Shown: positions 34,079-45,956, numbered from the whole stretch's first letter. The stretch is 63,447 nucleotides of DNA, filler included, from Aduncisulcus paluster (GCA_024181965.1; 41 parts of 41 records of this genome joined end to end with filler, not necessarily neighbours in it), one strand, 5' to 3'. The notes: a model not told the origin generated them from the sequence alone. Program-made: numbers and translations.

Positions 34079-34953
34079 ATGATAAAGTCATCGATCAACT
34101 CCTGGGCCTGTTCTTCAGTGAGGACACCGGCAGCAATGTCCTTCTCGATGAAGATATCAAGGAAAGCATCAACACGACCAAAAGACATGGCAGCTCCATC
34201 TTGTTGCTTGACGGAACCAAGGTATCCGAAGTAAGTCCACTGGATAGCTTCATGGGCATTCTTGGCAGGACGTCCAAGTTCAAGACCGTACATCTCACCA
34301 CAGGCCTTGAGAGCCTTGAGAGCCTTGATCTGTTCGCTCAACTCGAGACGAAGTTGCATGGTCTCAGCATCCATGATGGCAGCGTTCATGTCCTTATCCT
34401 TTTGTTTGAGCTCAATAAGCTTGTCGAGACCGTAGAGGGCAACACGACGGTAATCACCAATGATACGACCACGACCGTAACCATCGGGCAAACCTGTGAT
34501 GATTCCATAACGACGGGCGATACGCATCTCAGGAGTGTACATTTTGAAGACAGCATCGTTGTGAGTGGTGGTGTATGTGGAGAAAACTTTTTTCACTTCA
34601 GGGTTGAGTGTGTAACCAAAGGCTTGGCAGGCCTTGTCAACAATAAGGTATCCTCCGGCGGGCTTGATGGCACGTTTGAGAGGAGCGTCGGTTTGGAGAC
34701 CAACAATCAATTCAGCATCTTTATCAATGAAACCAGCACCATGAGAAGTGATGGTGGAAGGCACATCCACATCGACATCAAGAACTCCTTTCTTTAATTC
34801 TTCGGCCATGAGAGCAAGGACTTTCTCCCAGAGATCAGATGTTCTCTTGGTAGCTTTGGCAAGGAAAGACGCATCTCCTTCGTATGGTTTGTAGTTAGCT
34901 GCGATGAAACCAGCAACATCCAATTCAGTTTTAGTAGCTTCGGGTTTTGACAT
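34079..34953 (-). CDS. pflB: Pyruvate formate-lyase, N-terminal part
   Basis: NYKPYEGDASFL, IVGLQTDAPLKRA, TGLPDGYGRGRIIGDYRRVALYG and GAAMSFGR motifs; likely ATG at 34953. Confidence 0.96.
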
Positions 34954-35347
34954 AATTATATGATTGCAAAAAAATAACAAAGACACGAGCCGATAGGGGA
35001 CAAAACTAGGATGGACGAAAAAGAGAGCTCAGAGCCAATACTATTCGGGCCACACAATAAATCGTTCGAGTGCCGAAATAAATATAAAAACAAATGAAAT
35101 TACTTGATCATATTATAGATATTTATTTAATGCCTTGGAAGCGATCAGAAAGGACAATCTCTCAAATGAAGGGAAAACAGAGAAAAAAAATCAAACAAAC
35201 TATCTTCAATATAAAATATCAAAGTTCATAAACACATTAAGTGTCATNNNNNNNNNNNNNNNNNNNNNNNNNNNNNNNNNNNNNNNNNNNNTTAATTAAT
35301 TAANNNNNNNNNNNNNNNNNNNNNNNNNNNNNNNNNNNNNNNNNNNN

Positions 35348-36415
35348 GAATATGATGAAGATGGATCTGTAGAGTAATTAACTCCACACACATAATCAAC
35401 GATAGTTGGGTTTGTTTCATCATCATCATTCACATACTCAACAGTCTCAACAGGATATTGGGAAGAACATGATGACCCATACCATCCAGCATCGCATTCA
35501 CAATACAATATCTCAGAAGAATAATCAGAAAATAGATCAACAGCACACTGACCGTGCAGACCACATCTTGACAAACTATCACAATAGAGGTTGCATGCTG
35601 AACCATAATACCCAGACTCACACACACATGTATGGGTGGCAGCATCACATGTTCCATGAGAAGATCCGCTGCACAAACCAAGATCATCAGAAACAGGACA
35701 AACGGATGAACAATCAGTCCCATACCATCCATCAGAACACTCACAGAATAGTGGAGAAGATTCATCACTAGCGTCAGACTCGGAGTCATACACACATGTA
35801 CCACGCTCACCACCACAGTTGGAACACGCAGAAGAAGAAGAAGAAGAAGAAGGTAACACACATTCACCAGAGGATATGTCTTCATAGTATCCTGACCCAC
35901 AGATGCATGCCAACTCAGTGTCATCAACATCATCCACAGAGTAATCAACTCCACACACACGATGATCTTCCAGATATGAGCACGATGAAGAAGAAGAGGA
36001 AGAGGAAGAATCAGATCCACATGCAGATGTTGTATCCTGGGAAACAGTACCTGTTGGATCAACCACATCTCCAAACAGAACCTCAACGTTGTCTCCCAAT
36101 AAATCCCGTTCACAGAGATCATCAAGGGCTGCAAAACACTCAGACACAGTCGACCCACAATCAAGGCTATTGTCACTCACATCAACATATGCGACATTCT
36201 CAAGACCATCAATAGCTTGTTGCAACAGAACAAGGTCAGAGATGGAGTTGTCACTCAGAGTCAGATGTGTCACACCAGAGAGACCAGGCTGCAGTGAAAC
36301 GATGGTAGGGTCAGAGATATCATTGGAGGACAGATCAAGATGGGTCAGAGTGGATGACAACGGATACACTTTCGTTCCATCATCATAGCTGCTGACACAC
36401 TGACCACTGCACATG
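35348..36415 (-). CDS. LRR plus EGF-like cysteine-rich surface protein, internal fragment
   Basis: LTHLDLSSNDI-type LRRs, then repeated CxCxxGW/YYGxxC EGF units. Confidence 0.85.
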
Positions 36416-36834
36416 NNNNNNNNNNNNNNNNNNNNNNNNNNNNNNNNNNNNNNNNNNNNTTAATTAATTAANNNNNNNNNNNNNNNNNNNNNNNNNNNNN
36501 NNNNNNNNNNNNNNNCTGAAACTTATAAAATGAATAGCAAGCTGTTAAAAAATGTGGAACAATAGTATAGAAGCTTATAATAGAATCTGGTTTTTGCTTT
36601 ACCTAAAATAAACACCCCTACCCTTACAATTTATAAAATCTTCTCCAATTATCCTAAGCATTAAAATTTCATAATAAATACGATACAATACTTATTATTT
36701 ATCATTAGATTTATACTTTGTATTAGCAAGAGAGGAAATTCTCAGCCAATGGCTAAAAAAACTCTTGCAAAAATAAAAAGTCAGTTAGGTATAATTTTAA
36801 CCGACAACACAAAGAATAACAATAACTTACAACA

Positions 36835-36904
36835 AACGTCACATAAGTGGTATAAGTTGCATTGCAACATATACATACGTTGAACAAAAACCGCCTAAGG
36901 CGGT
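36835..36904 (+). other. attC-like imperfect hairpin and a second small hairpin upstream of the integrase
   Basis: GTATAAGTTGC-ATT-GCAACATATAC closed by GTTGAAC (GTTRRRY), then ACCGCC-TAA-GGCGGT. Confidence 0.45.
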
Positions 36905-36960
36905 AGCTTAAGAGTAAGGTTGTAACTTGATTAAATATTTGTTCATTAAACTATTTAGTC

Positions 36961-37752
36961 ATGAAAAAAAAGTCTAAGAGCACGTATGATTGCGGAGATG
37001 CAGATTCGCAATTACAGTCCACGTACCATTAGTAGTTACACTTCTTGTTTGGGAAGGCTTTCCTTGTTTTATAATCTTTCTCCTGATTTAATCAGTTTAG
37101 ATCAGTTTAAATCTTACCTGAGTGCAAGAATTAGGGCAGATAAAATATCCAATTCCACAATCAATCAGTGCATAGGTGCCTGGCGGATTTTACAGTGTGA
37201 TATTTTAAGGCGGGAATGGAGTGAATTTAAAGTGAAGCGTCCCAAAAGGCATAAAAAAATACCACAGATTCTTTCTTCCGAACAGGTTAAATCTTTACTG
37301 TCAAACATTTCCAATATCAAACATCATGCTTTGGTATCTCTTGCTTATGCTACGGGAATGCGGCGCAATGAAATTCTGAACTTGCGTCCTCAGGATATTG
37401 ATTCATCGAGAAATATGATCATTGTAAAGTGTGGAAAGGGAGGCAAACAACGGCAAATTCCTGTTAAGCATAGTTTACTTAACATTCTTCGTGAATATTA
37501 CAAACAGTATCGTCCTTCGAAGTTTTTATTTGAAGGTTATCGTTCCGGGATGAGTTATTCCAGCACTTCCTTTAGCCGGATTCTTCAGCGGGCGAGTATA
37601 AAAGCTAAAATTAATAAAAGGGTTACTCCTCATACTCTACGACACAGTTTTGCTACCCACATGTTGGAAAAAGGATTAAACCTAAAACAATTGCAATTGT
37701 TACTGGGCCATAATGCGATGAAAACCACTTCTATTTACCTGCACGTTGCCGA
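36961..37752 (+). CDS. Tyrosine recombinase with N-terminal SAM-like domain (type often paired with IS91-family transposases), 3' truncated
   Basis: RNYSPRTI, YATGMRRNE, GKGGKQR, HTLRHSFATH and LLGH...TTSIY. ATG 36961 is in frame only if one A of the A8 run is removed; otherwise the start is 36986. Confidence 0.9.
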
Positions 37753-37912
37753 NNNNNNNNNNNNNNNNNNNNNNNNNNNNNNNNNNNNNNNNNNNNTTAA
37801 TTAATTAANNNNNNNNNNNNNNNNNNNNNNNNNNNNNNNNNNNNNNNNNNNNAATGGATGGTGGTGCTCTGTATTAACCAGCTCCTTTGACATTTCATCG
37901 TGCTCGAGTGTT

Positions 37913-39054
37913 ATGTTCGAGGTGTGTAAACGATATTTCTTCCAGAGAAATGTGATCTACGAATCGTTCATAGATCATGTTTTCATCAAGAAATCTGAGC
38001 TTTTCAAAAGAGACTACAAGGATCTGATGGCGATGTTATCAAGACCTCGGACATATTTGTTCAACTATAATCGAGATTTGTATCATTTTCTCCACTCCAC
38101 ATCCCCGCAGACAGATGTATTCAATCCATTTGTAGCCCCATTTGAATCCATTCCAATTTACATGACATTGCCCTGCAAACGTACCATGGAGTCTCTCATT
38201 CTTCATGATGACAACTTTGAGTTCTTCCCGGAGAGAAATTGTTTCGTAAATACATTCCACCCATCTGAAGCCAGAATAGCATCCATACGTGAAATTGATG
38301 AGCGGATTGATATATCTGAATTACGAATCAAATTCGATATCCATCCGTGTGACTATAGCCAAACACTTTTGAATGAAGTAATGAAATCACTGGATAAGAA
38401 TATCTTTGGGCACATTGTGTTCATATGTTATGATGATGACGATCCTAATTCAATCTTATTTGCAAAGTATGCGACTGAGTACATGCGTTATCGCCAGCCG
38501 TGTCTCCACATTGTTTTGTGGAACATCGGTGAAGAGATAGATTTCATGCTGTCAGAATCATGTTCATCGCCCCAAACAATTGGAAAGACCTTTGTACAGA
38601 AAAATGACGCATTGTTGGTCGATGGGTTTGACAAATACAATGAAGTCTTGGATCTACTTATTCGTGTTCAAGCATCCGAAATACAAAGAATCAAGGATCC
38701 CAGCGATCCAAGTGCATGTGTTGTCAAAGAGGATGATGTCTTCAAATTATATGCAGTTCCACGCTCTGTCGCTATCTTTGGAGCAGGGCAGAAAGAATAC
38801 GCTTCCAGATTCCATAAGTGGGCCAAAGATGCCACTTCTAAATTCTCTTCTTCTTGTTCATCTTCTTCTGTCAAGCATGTGGGTGGGAAATACAACACAT
38901 TTGGAAAAGGGAATCGGCAAAGCAAATATTTCCTTGTCTTTGACAAGATTGACTCTGAGAGGTATTGGAAACAAGAGCTTGGGATTCATTATAGCAGAAA
39001 GGATGAATTCAATCAATTCCTTGCTGCGTGTGTTGTTTTCGATGTTTGTGACAT
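37913..39054 (+). CDS. Hypothetical protein, probably eukaryotic
   Basis: About 380 open codons; no motif recognised. Confidence 0.55.
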
Positions 39055-39155
39055 NNNNNNNNNNNNNNNNNNNNNNNNNNNNNNNNNNNNNNNNNNNNTT
39101 AATTAATTAANNNNNNNNNNNNNNNNNNNNNNNNNNNNNNNNNNNNNNNNNNNNG

Positions 39156-40265
39156 GTGGACACCGAGATCCCCGCTCCCACTTCGGGTGTATTGACCAAG
39201 ATCGTCGCCCGCGAGGACGACACCGTCGAGATCGGTGGAGAGCTCGGCGTGATCAGCGAGGCCGGGGAAGCTGCCGCACCTGCCGCACCCGCCGCCGCGC
39301 CGGCTCCGGAACCGACACCTGCGCCCGAGCCGGCTGCTGCCCCTGAACCCGCTGCCGCCCCGGCCCCGGCCGCTGCCCCCGAACCCGCTGCGGCCCCGGC
39401 AGCTGCTGCCGCCGCGCCGGCCGGCCCGGGTACCTCCGTCAAGATGCCCGAGCTTGGTGAGTCCGTCACCGAAGGCACTGTGACCCGCTGGCTGAAGAAG
39501 ATCGGCGACGAGGTCGGCGTGGACGAGCCGCTTGTCGAGGTGTCCACGGACAAGGTCGACACCGAAATCCCGTCGCCGGTGGCCGGTGTGCTGCTGAGCA
39601 TCTCGGCCAACGAGGACGACACCGTCGCCGTGGGCGGCGAGCTCGCTGTCGTGGGTTCCGCTGGTGCTGCCCCCGCCGCGGATCCGGCGCCCGCTCCCAC
39701 TCCCGCCCCCGCGGCAGCCCCTGCCGCACCACCGGCTCCGCCCGCGGCCCCTGCCCCACCGGCACCCGCGCCTGCCGCACCGGCGCCCGCGCCAGTGTCT
39801 GCCCCTGCTGCGGCACCGGCTCCCGTCGCCAACAGCGCCGCGGGCGACAACCCATACGTCACCCCGCTGGTGCGCAAGCTCGCCGCCGAGAACAACGTGG
39901 ATCTGTCCGCGCTCACCGGTAGCGGCGTGGGCGGACGCATCCGCAAGCAGGACGTGCTCGCGGCCGCCGAAGCCGCGAAGGCACCTGCGGCCCCCGCACC
40001 GTCGGCCGCCGCACCCGCCGCTGCCGTCGCGTCCGCACCTGCGGCCCCCGCGGCGTCGCTGGCACACCTGCGCGGAACCACGCAGAAGGCCAACCGGATT
40101 CGTCAGATCACCGCGAAGAAGACGCGCGAATCGCTGCAGGAGACCGCCCAGCTGACCCAGACCCACGAGGTCGACGTCACCAAGATTGCGGCACTGCGGG
40201 CTCGCGCCAAGGCGGCGTTCGCCGAGCGTGAGGGCGTGAACCTGACGTTCCTGCCGTTCTTCGCG
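39156..40265 (+). CDS. dlaT: Dihydrolipoamide acyltransferase E2, internal fragment
   Basis: Two lipoyl domains ([12 protein letters not shown]), Ala/Pro linkers and the [10 protein letters not shown] binding domain. Confidence 0.95.
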
Positions 40266-40365
40266 NNNNNNNNNNNNNNNNNNNNNNNNNNNNNNNNNNN
40301 NNNNNNNNNTTAATTAATTAANNNNNNNNNNNNNNNNNNNNNNNNNNNNNNNNNNNNNNNNNNNN

Positions 40366-40490
40366 CGTTGGGTCTCGACGCTAGCAAGGCGCGCTTCCAG
40401 GTCGCGGACCTTGCTCGATGTCCTTGCCTGCCAGGCCGCTAGAACCGCGACGATGGCCCCGCCCACAGCCTGGATCTGTTCGGGTGTCAC
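40366..40490 (-). CDS. Phage membrane protein following the holin, 5' fragment
   Basis: GTG overlaps the holin stop; TPEQIQAVGGAIVAVLAAWQ then a coiled coil. Confidence 0.6.
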
Positions 40491-40714
40491 TCGGCCGGCC
40501 GATCCTGCGCGGCGCCACGGATGTCCTGGGCGAGTTTGATGCCCGGCAGGCCGCTGCCGATGAGACCTGCAATGGAAATCACCCATTGCAGTCCGTTGGC
40601 GGCGTCCATCTTCCCGGTGATGATCATGGCCACGGTTCCGGCGAACACGACGATGAACATGACCGCATAGACGATGAGACGCGTGGTGTCGTTCTGCGGT
40701 ACGGGGTTAGGCAT
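40487..40714 (-). CDS. Putative holin
   Basis: 75 aa from ATG 40714 after GAGAGGA, two TM helices, downstream of lysin B. Confidence 0.65.
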   Translation of the reverse strand: MPNPVPQNDTTRLIVYAVMFIVVFAGTVAMIITGKMDAANGLQWVISIAGLIGSGLPGIKLAQDIRGAAQDRPAE

Positions 40715-40876
40715 GACGGGATTCCTCTCGGGGGGTTGTGGATAGGAAAGAAACATGCAGCTGAAAGGCGGTAAATCGCCCTGTGGCCGGATAGATCTGA
40801 AATAGCGCGCGCTACGGTGAGCGGAGTCCCTGCGCGCTCTCCTCGCGCGGGGGCCGGTCAATGACGTCAGGGCTGG

Positions 40877-42061
40877 TCAGGCAGCTATGGCTGGGGCGCG
40901 GTGGCACCAGTCGCGGACGTGCTGGATGGCCAGGCCGAGATAGGTTTGACCGGGCCACACCTCGCGGACCTCGTACTGAATGTGCGCGGCTGTCGGCGGG
41001 TTGCTCGTGACGAATCGCAGGGCAATCATGGCCGCCTGCGCCGCGGCGGCGGGCCCGGTCAGCTTGTTGACATCGCCCCAACCGAGTAGGCCCTGTAGAC
41101 CGCCCAGGACCATCGGTAGGCCGAGCGCCGCGATACCGGTAGGACCACCGGTCAGCGCGCCGAACACGGCAGGTAGCTCGATACCCAATGCCTTGCTTGC
41201 TATTTCGGGGATCTTCGGCAGGATCGCCCCTGCGGCCCCGAGTGGGTCGGTGATCTGGAATGCGGTCACCATGTCGAAACAGTCGTCCATAATGTCCCCG
41301 ACCATGCCCAGGGGGATATTGCCGTACATGTCGAACGGGTCGGTCAGCCAGCAGTGGCGGTAGTCCTTGATGTCGCCGAAGCGCCACGACGAAATCCCTT
41401 GCCCGGCAAGGATGGGACCGCCGTAGTAGCTGCCGCCGTAGGGCCGGGTGGGATCGCCGATGCTGAATGAGCACAGGTAGTTGTTCGGATAGTGCTCCAG
41501 CAGCCATGCCCGGAACTTCGCGGCCGCGACGGCGCCGGCCGAGTAGCCGCCGATGACGACCTTGATGTTGGGGTTGACCCGGTACCGGTCCAGGAAGATG
41601 CGTTTGGCGTCGGCGACCGCGATATNNNNNNNNNNNNNNNNNNNNNNNNNNNNNNNNNNNNNNNNNNNNNNNNNNNNNNNNNNNNNNNNNNNNNNNNNNN
41701 GAGATGTCGTTGATGCTGCCCGCGGCGCCGACGGGCAGCCCGCCCATGGTGGCGGCGAATTCGGGGTGCACTTCCTCGACCAGGTTGGCCACCGCCTGCA
41801 TAACGCGAGATACGTAGTCCTGGCCGATGATGCCCCCGGTGCCCCGGAACATCAGGCCCAGATGGCGATTGGCGGGCGGGGCCGGGGCCGCAATACCCAA
41901 TTTGCGCAGGTCATCGTCGGATACCTCGCCGGTAGGCATCTGGCCGGTGCGACGCTGATACTCGGCGGCCCAGATGGCGGCACGGGGCCCGAACTTGTCG
42001 GTATCGCGGGGGAGTTCGCCGAGCAGGCGCGTGTAGAGCGGGCCGTATCGGTCGTTCATCA
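40877..42061 (-). CDS. lysB: Mycobacteriophage lysin B-like esterase with peptidoglycan-binding domain
   Basis: FGPRAAIWAAEYQRRTG binding domain, VIGGYSAG nucleophile elbow, SIGDP and AAHIQYE; N gap splits the frames. Confidence 0.8.
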
Positions 42062-42161
42062 NNNNNNNNNNNNNNNNNNNNNNNNNNNNNNNNNNNNNNN
42101 NNNNNTTAATTAATTAANNNNNNNNNNNNNNNNNNNNNNNNNNNNNNNNNNNNNNNNNNNN

Positions 42162-43163
42162 CATGACAGTATTTTTGATCTGCTGAATGATGCTGTTGCA
42201 GGCAGGCACAAGGCAATAAAAACAATGGCATCCAAAGACAAATCCGGGAAAAGTCATCCTATGATGAGCCGAATACTGCATATTTCCCACCAATTAACCG
42301 AAACCATGCACAAAAAGCACATTGAGATTCATAACGACAGAGGAAATCCTCACCATAAAACCAATATGCCAGACCACATTAATTATCACGCCAAAATTCG
42401 TCTGGATACATTGAAAATTTTTATGGATGGAGTAATTGAAAAGGACACTGCATACCGACTTGATAAAACCCCTTCGCTGGGCATACCGGAGTTCAATCAA
42501 GGAGACTTGAACACCCTCCTGACTTTCGCAGACCGACTTGGAATTCAAGTAGCTGCTCACTCGATAGGAGACGGTTCAGTAAAATCTATGTTGGACGCAA
42601 TATCCACAGCGAGGAAGCTAAATAAAGAAATAGATCAAAAAAGGGGCGGCACAATTCCTCATCGGGTGGAACATGTTGAAGCCTGCCATCAAGAAGATCT
42701 CCCCAGACTCGGCAAATTAAATGTTATTGCCTCCATGCAACCCTTGCATGAAAGGCCGCCAATGACCCTATGGCACACCTTAATCCCTAAATCTGAATGG
42801 AACACATCTTTTGCCTGGAAAGAAGCTCTGCAGGATGGAGCAACTCTGGTTTACGGTAGTGATTGGCCTATTGTATCCTGCGATCCAATCTCCGGAATCA
42901 ACCATGCCGTAACCCGTAAACCATGGTACCAAGGAGCTAGAAATCAAGCTGTGACCTTGGACGAAGCTATTGCTGCCTATACAAGTGGAGCTGCTTTTTC
43001 CGAGTATTGCCAGCAGATAAAAGGAACGATTGCCCCCGGCATGCTGGCCGACATGGTGATTCTTTCAGGAGATATAAAAGATCTTGAAAATGAATCTTTT
43101 GACTTACACATAGAAACAACCATCTGCGACGGAAAAGTTGTTTATACGCGGCAGAACAAATAA
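42162..43163 (+). CDS. Amidohydrolase family 3 (YtcJ-like), C-terminal part
   Basis: KIFMDG, HSIGD, HRVEH, ASMQP, GSDWP and GMLADMVIL motifs. Confidence 0.92.
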   Translation, partial: HDSIFDLLNDAVAGRHKAIKTMASKDKSGKSHPMMSRILHISHQLTETMHKKHIEIHNDRGNPHHKTNMPDHINYHAKIRLDTLKIFMDGVIEKDTAYRLDKTPSLGIPEFNQGDLNTLLTFADRLGIQVAAHSIGDGSVKSMLDAISTARKLNKEIDQKRGGTIPHRVEHVEACHQEDLPRLGKLNVIASMQPLHERPPMTLWHTLIPKSEWNTSFAWKEALQDGATLVYGSDWPIVSCDPISGINHAVTRKPWYQGARNQAVTLDEAIAAYTSGAAFSEYCQQIKGTIAPGMLADMVILSGDIKDLENESFDLHIETTICDGKVVYTRQNK

Positions 43164-43336
43164 AAGAATTTCCAAGACACTCTAAAAAACTACGGTGTCA
43201 TGATTAATAAACCTTACGGCGCGAAAAACTTGATCNNNNNNNNNNNNNNNNNNNNNNNNNNNNNNNNNNNNNNNNNNNNTTAATTAATTAANNNNNNNNN
43301 NNNNNNNNNNNNNNNNNNNNNNNNNNNNNNNNNNNG

Positions 43337-43939
43337 ATGAAAGATCTAATCTCTGCAGGCATGAAGAAGTCTCAGGATAAGGAGAAAACGAAAAGACCTG
43401 CCGTACCACTGGAAGGATGGGAACGAAGTATGCTGCCACACGAGTGGAGAGTCGACTCAGAGGGTCGAGAACAGCTGCCGATGGGTTTCAAATTACAGCC
43501 CAACTCGTTCGTCGTGGTGATTCCAAAGACACCACCAGCAAAGGGTTCACTAGTACCCGAGATGCTCGGTCCGTACCAGGTTGTCTCGCACGATCAAGTG
43601 TTCAAGAGGGTACAACTGCGGAACCTCGTGAATGATGAAGTCAAGACGTGGTCAGACGACTCAGTGGTGCCGTTTGACGACTCGCTGTATAATGACGACC
43701 AGCTAAAGAAGCTGTGTGCTGTGGGAAAAGATGAATACATCATTGAGAAGGTAATCAGCCATCACAAAGGTCTCAACTCACAGGACGAAGAGGAATACAT
43801 CTTCGAGGTCAAATGGTTGACCTGGGCGGAAACGTTCTTGGAGCCAGGATCAGGGTTAGCTCACAATCTGACTTTTAAGCAGTATGTGCAAGACTACCCT
43901 GAGGTGGCAGATTTCTATTCGATTGCAATCGATGACTGA
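43337..43939 (+). mobile_element. Chromovirus-like Ty3/Gypsy pol 3' end (GPY module and chromodomain)
   Basis: LGPYQVV, then EYIIEKVISHH...YIFEVKWLTW...FLEP. Confidence 0.75.
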
Positions 43940-44796
43940 GAGTTTGGTGACAGTGATGCGCACGCTGAAGCCATATGTTCAACTGACCACTAGGAATAGT
44001 GTGACCCTTTCCTGTGTTGTTCTGAAATAGGTTTCTCCCGCGGACACGTGGGTTTCCGTATCTTTTCACAGGAACAAGTCGGGTGATTGTGCTGCAGAAT
44101 GCAGTACGTGATGTCTACCGGGACAATGATACTGATACTGAGCACAGGCTGAGCAGCAGGAAGGCTGCAGGTGCAGGAGAAGGAAGTGCAGTAACAGTCA
44201 CGCACCACCCTACCTCTAAGGGTGACCACGGTCATCCTTGAAGAGAGTTGAGGAGGGTGTTGGCGGCGGCTGGGTGTGGCGATCTCTATGGAGAAGATGC
44301 AGACAAATTTACTCAATAAAATCTAGGCTACCACATCCTCCTCTTTCTGAAGGCGATGGGCAGAGACTTTTTCAAGCGTGAAAAATAATTACTTGTGGGA
44401 TCTGGTTAGCGCAATAAGATGGCTCTAGTGGAAAACCCATAGGAAAGAATAGAATAAGAAAACCTACAAACCACTAGTGCACTGGCTCAATGATATGTAT
44501 AAAATAAATGTATAGTTAGCTCAACGCCAGGATAACCTGGTGCTTGGTCGAGATTCCGTAGCTTGGGTCGATGCTGGCTCAGAGTGATTGTGATTGGCTT
44601 GATTAGCACTCACTCTAGAAGCTGTAGAGCGTACCGGTATAATTGGTTCATCTGTTAGAGCCAATGTGGAGCTGGCAGAGGTTAGCTGACTGCCGGNNNN
44701 NNNNNNNNNNNNNNNNNNNNNNNNNNNNNNNNNNNNNNNNTTAATTAATTAANNNNNNNNNNNNNNNNNNNNNNNNNNNNNNNNNNNNNNNNNNNN

Positions 44797-44913
44797 GGTG
44801 AGTTACACGATAGAGCTACATACAGATATTTCTGGGAGCTTGTTCAAAGAGCACATTTATCAGGTGGAAAATTACAAGAAGAAGTTAAAACTAGATTTTT
44901 TTCATAATTTCTA
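44797..44913 (+). CDS. CitE/HpcH-like lyase, C-terminal fragment
   Basis: Hand translation ELHDRATYRYFWELVQRAH...FHNF*. Confidence 0.55.
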
Positions 44914-44993
44914 ACATTTAATTCAACATTTTTAAACTAAAATTCAGATAAGAAGAGTATTCTTCTTATCACATAAAAAACAAAGGAGAAATA

Positions 44994-45059
44994 ATGAATA
45001 GTAAAAAACTACTCGTCAAGGTCGCCAACCATAGTGAGAAGAGTTTATACCCCAGGTAG
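44994..45059 (+). CDS. 21-aa small ORF, candidate leader peptide
   Basis: Strong RBS AAGGAG; MNSKKLLVKVANHSEKSLYPR*. Confidence 0.4.
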   Translation: MNSKKLLVKVANHSEKSLYPR

Positions 45060-45178
45060 ATTTTAAAGACAATATAAATTTAACTACCTATAAACTTCTA
45101 CAAACAAATTCTCACTCAAAAAAATAATCAACAAAAAATAAACTTATTGTCAAATATTAAAATTTGAAGGTAAACAAA

Positions 45179-45956
45179 ATGAATAAAAAATATATAAACG
45201 CAGATGACTTAAAAGATTATTTAGGTTTTGGAGTTGCTGGAAACTTTGCAAATCACTTAGGTGAAGCTGGTGAAGCAGATGAATTCGCAGTAATACAAAC
45301 AGAAGAAAAAGATGCACCAAAAGGATTATTTCCTTTTTACATTCCAAATAATGAAACATTTCTAGGAACATATCCAATTTGTACAGATGAGATAACTCAC
45401 AATGATATAGAACACTTACAAGTTGAAGCAGAAGTTGCTTTAGTATGTGATTTTGAATTTAAAGATGGAAAATTATTGGATATCATTCCAAAATACTTTG
45501 GTGCTTTTAATGACTGTTCAAATAGAATTCAAAATGGAGATAAGTTAAGTACTAAAAAAAACTGGGGAGCAGGTTCTAAAGGTATAGCAAGTGACCTTAT
45601 AGAGATAGACAATTTTGAAGAAGACGGAATATTGAGTAAATTTCATATCGCTTCATTTATTAGAAGAGACGGTATCTTAAGAGACTATGGAACTACAAGT
45701 GCAGTTAAGTCATATTCGTACTTTTTTGGTCAATTAAAAGATTGGATGATAGAGAAGTTTAACTCTCAGGAAGATATGGGTCCACTTGAAGAGATAAATC
45801 CTTTTATTAAAGATTTGGATAAGCACAAAGGTTTATTAATAGCAGCAGGTGCTACAGCATATAGTGATTTTGGAAAAACAAACTTTTTAGAAAAAGGAGA
45901 TGAAATTTTTGTATATGTATATGATGCTCACTTTCACTCTTTTGAAGATATCATGC
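45179..45956 (+). CDS. DUF5718 family protein (3' truncated)
   Basis: GVAGNFANHLGEAGE, AFNDCS and KKNWG motifs. Confidence 0.75.

Noticed and set aside
36961-36990. Programmed slippage or phase variation at A runs (also 31988-31995 and about 53172)
   Set aside because: Single-base shifts recur in homopolymers on unrelated contigs, which points to sequencing error; reads are needed.
39270-40060. Ala/Pro-rich repeats with long antisense ORFs
   Set aside because: Normal flexible linkers of the E2 subunit.
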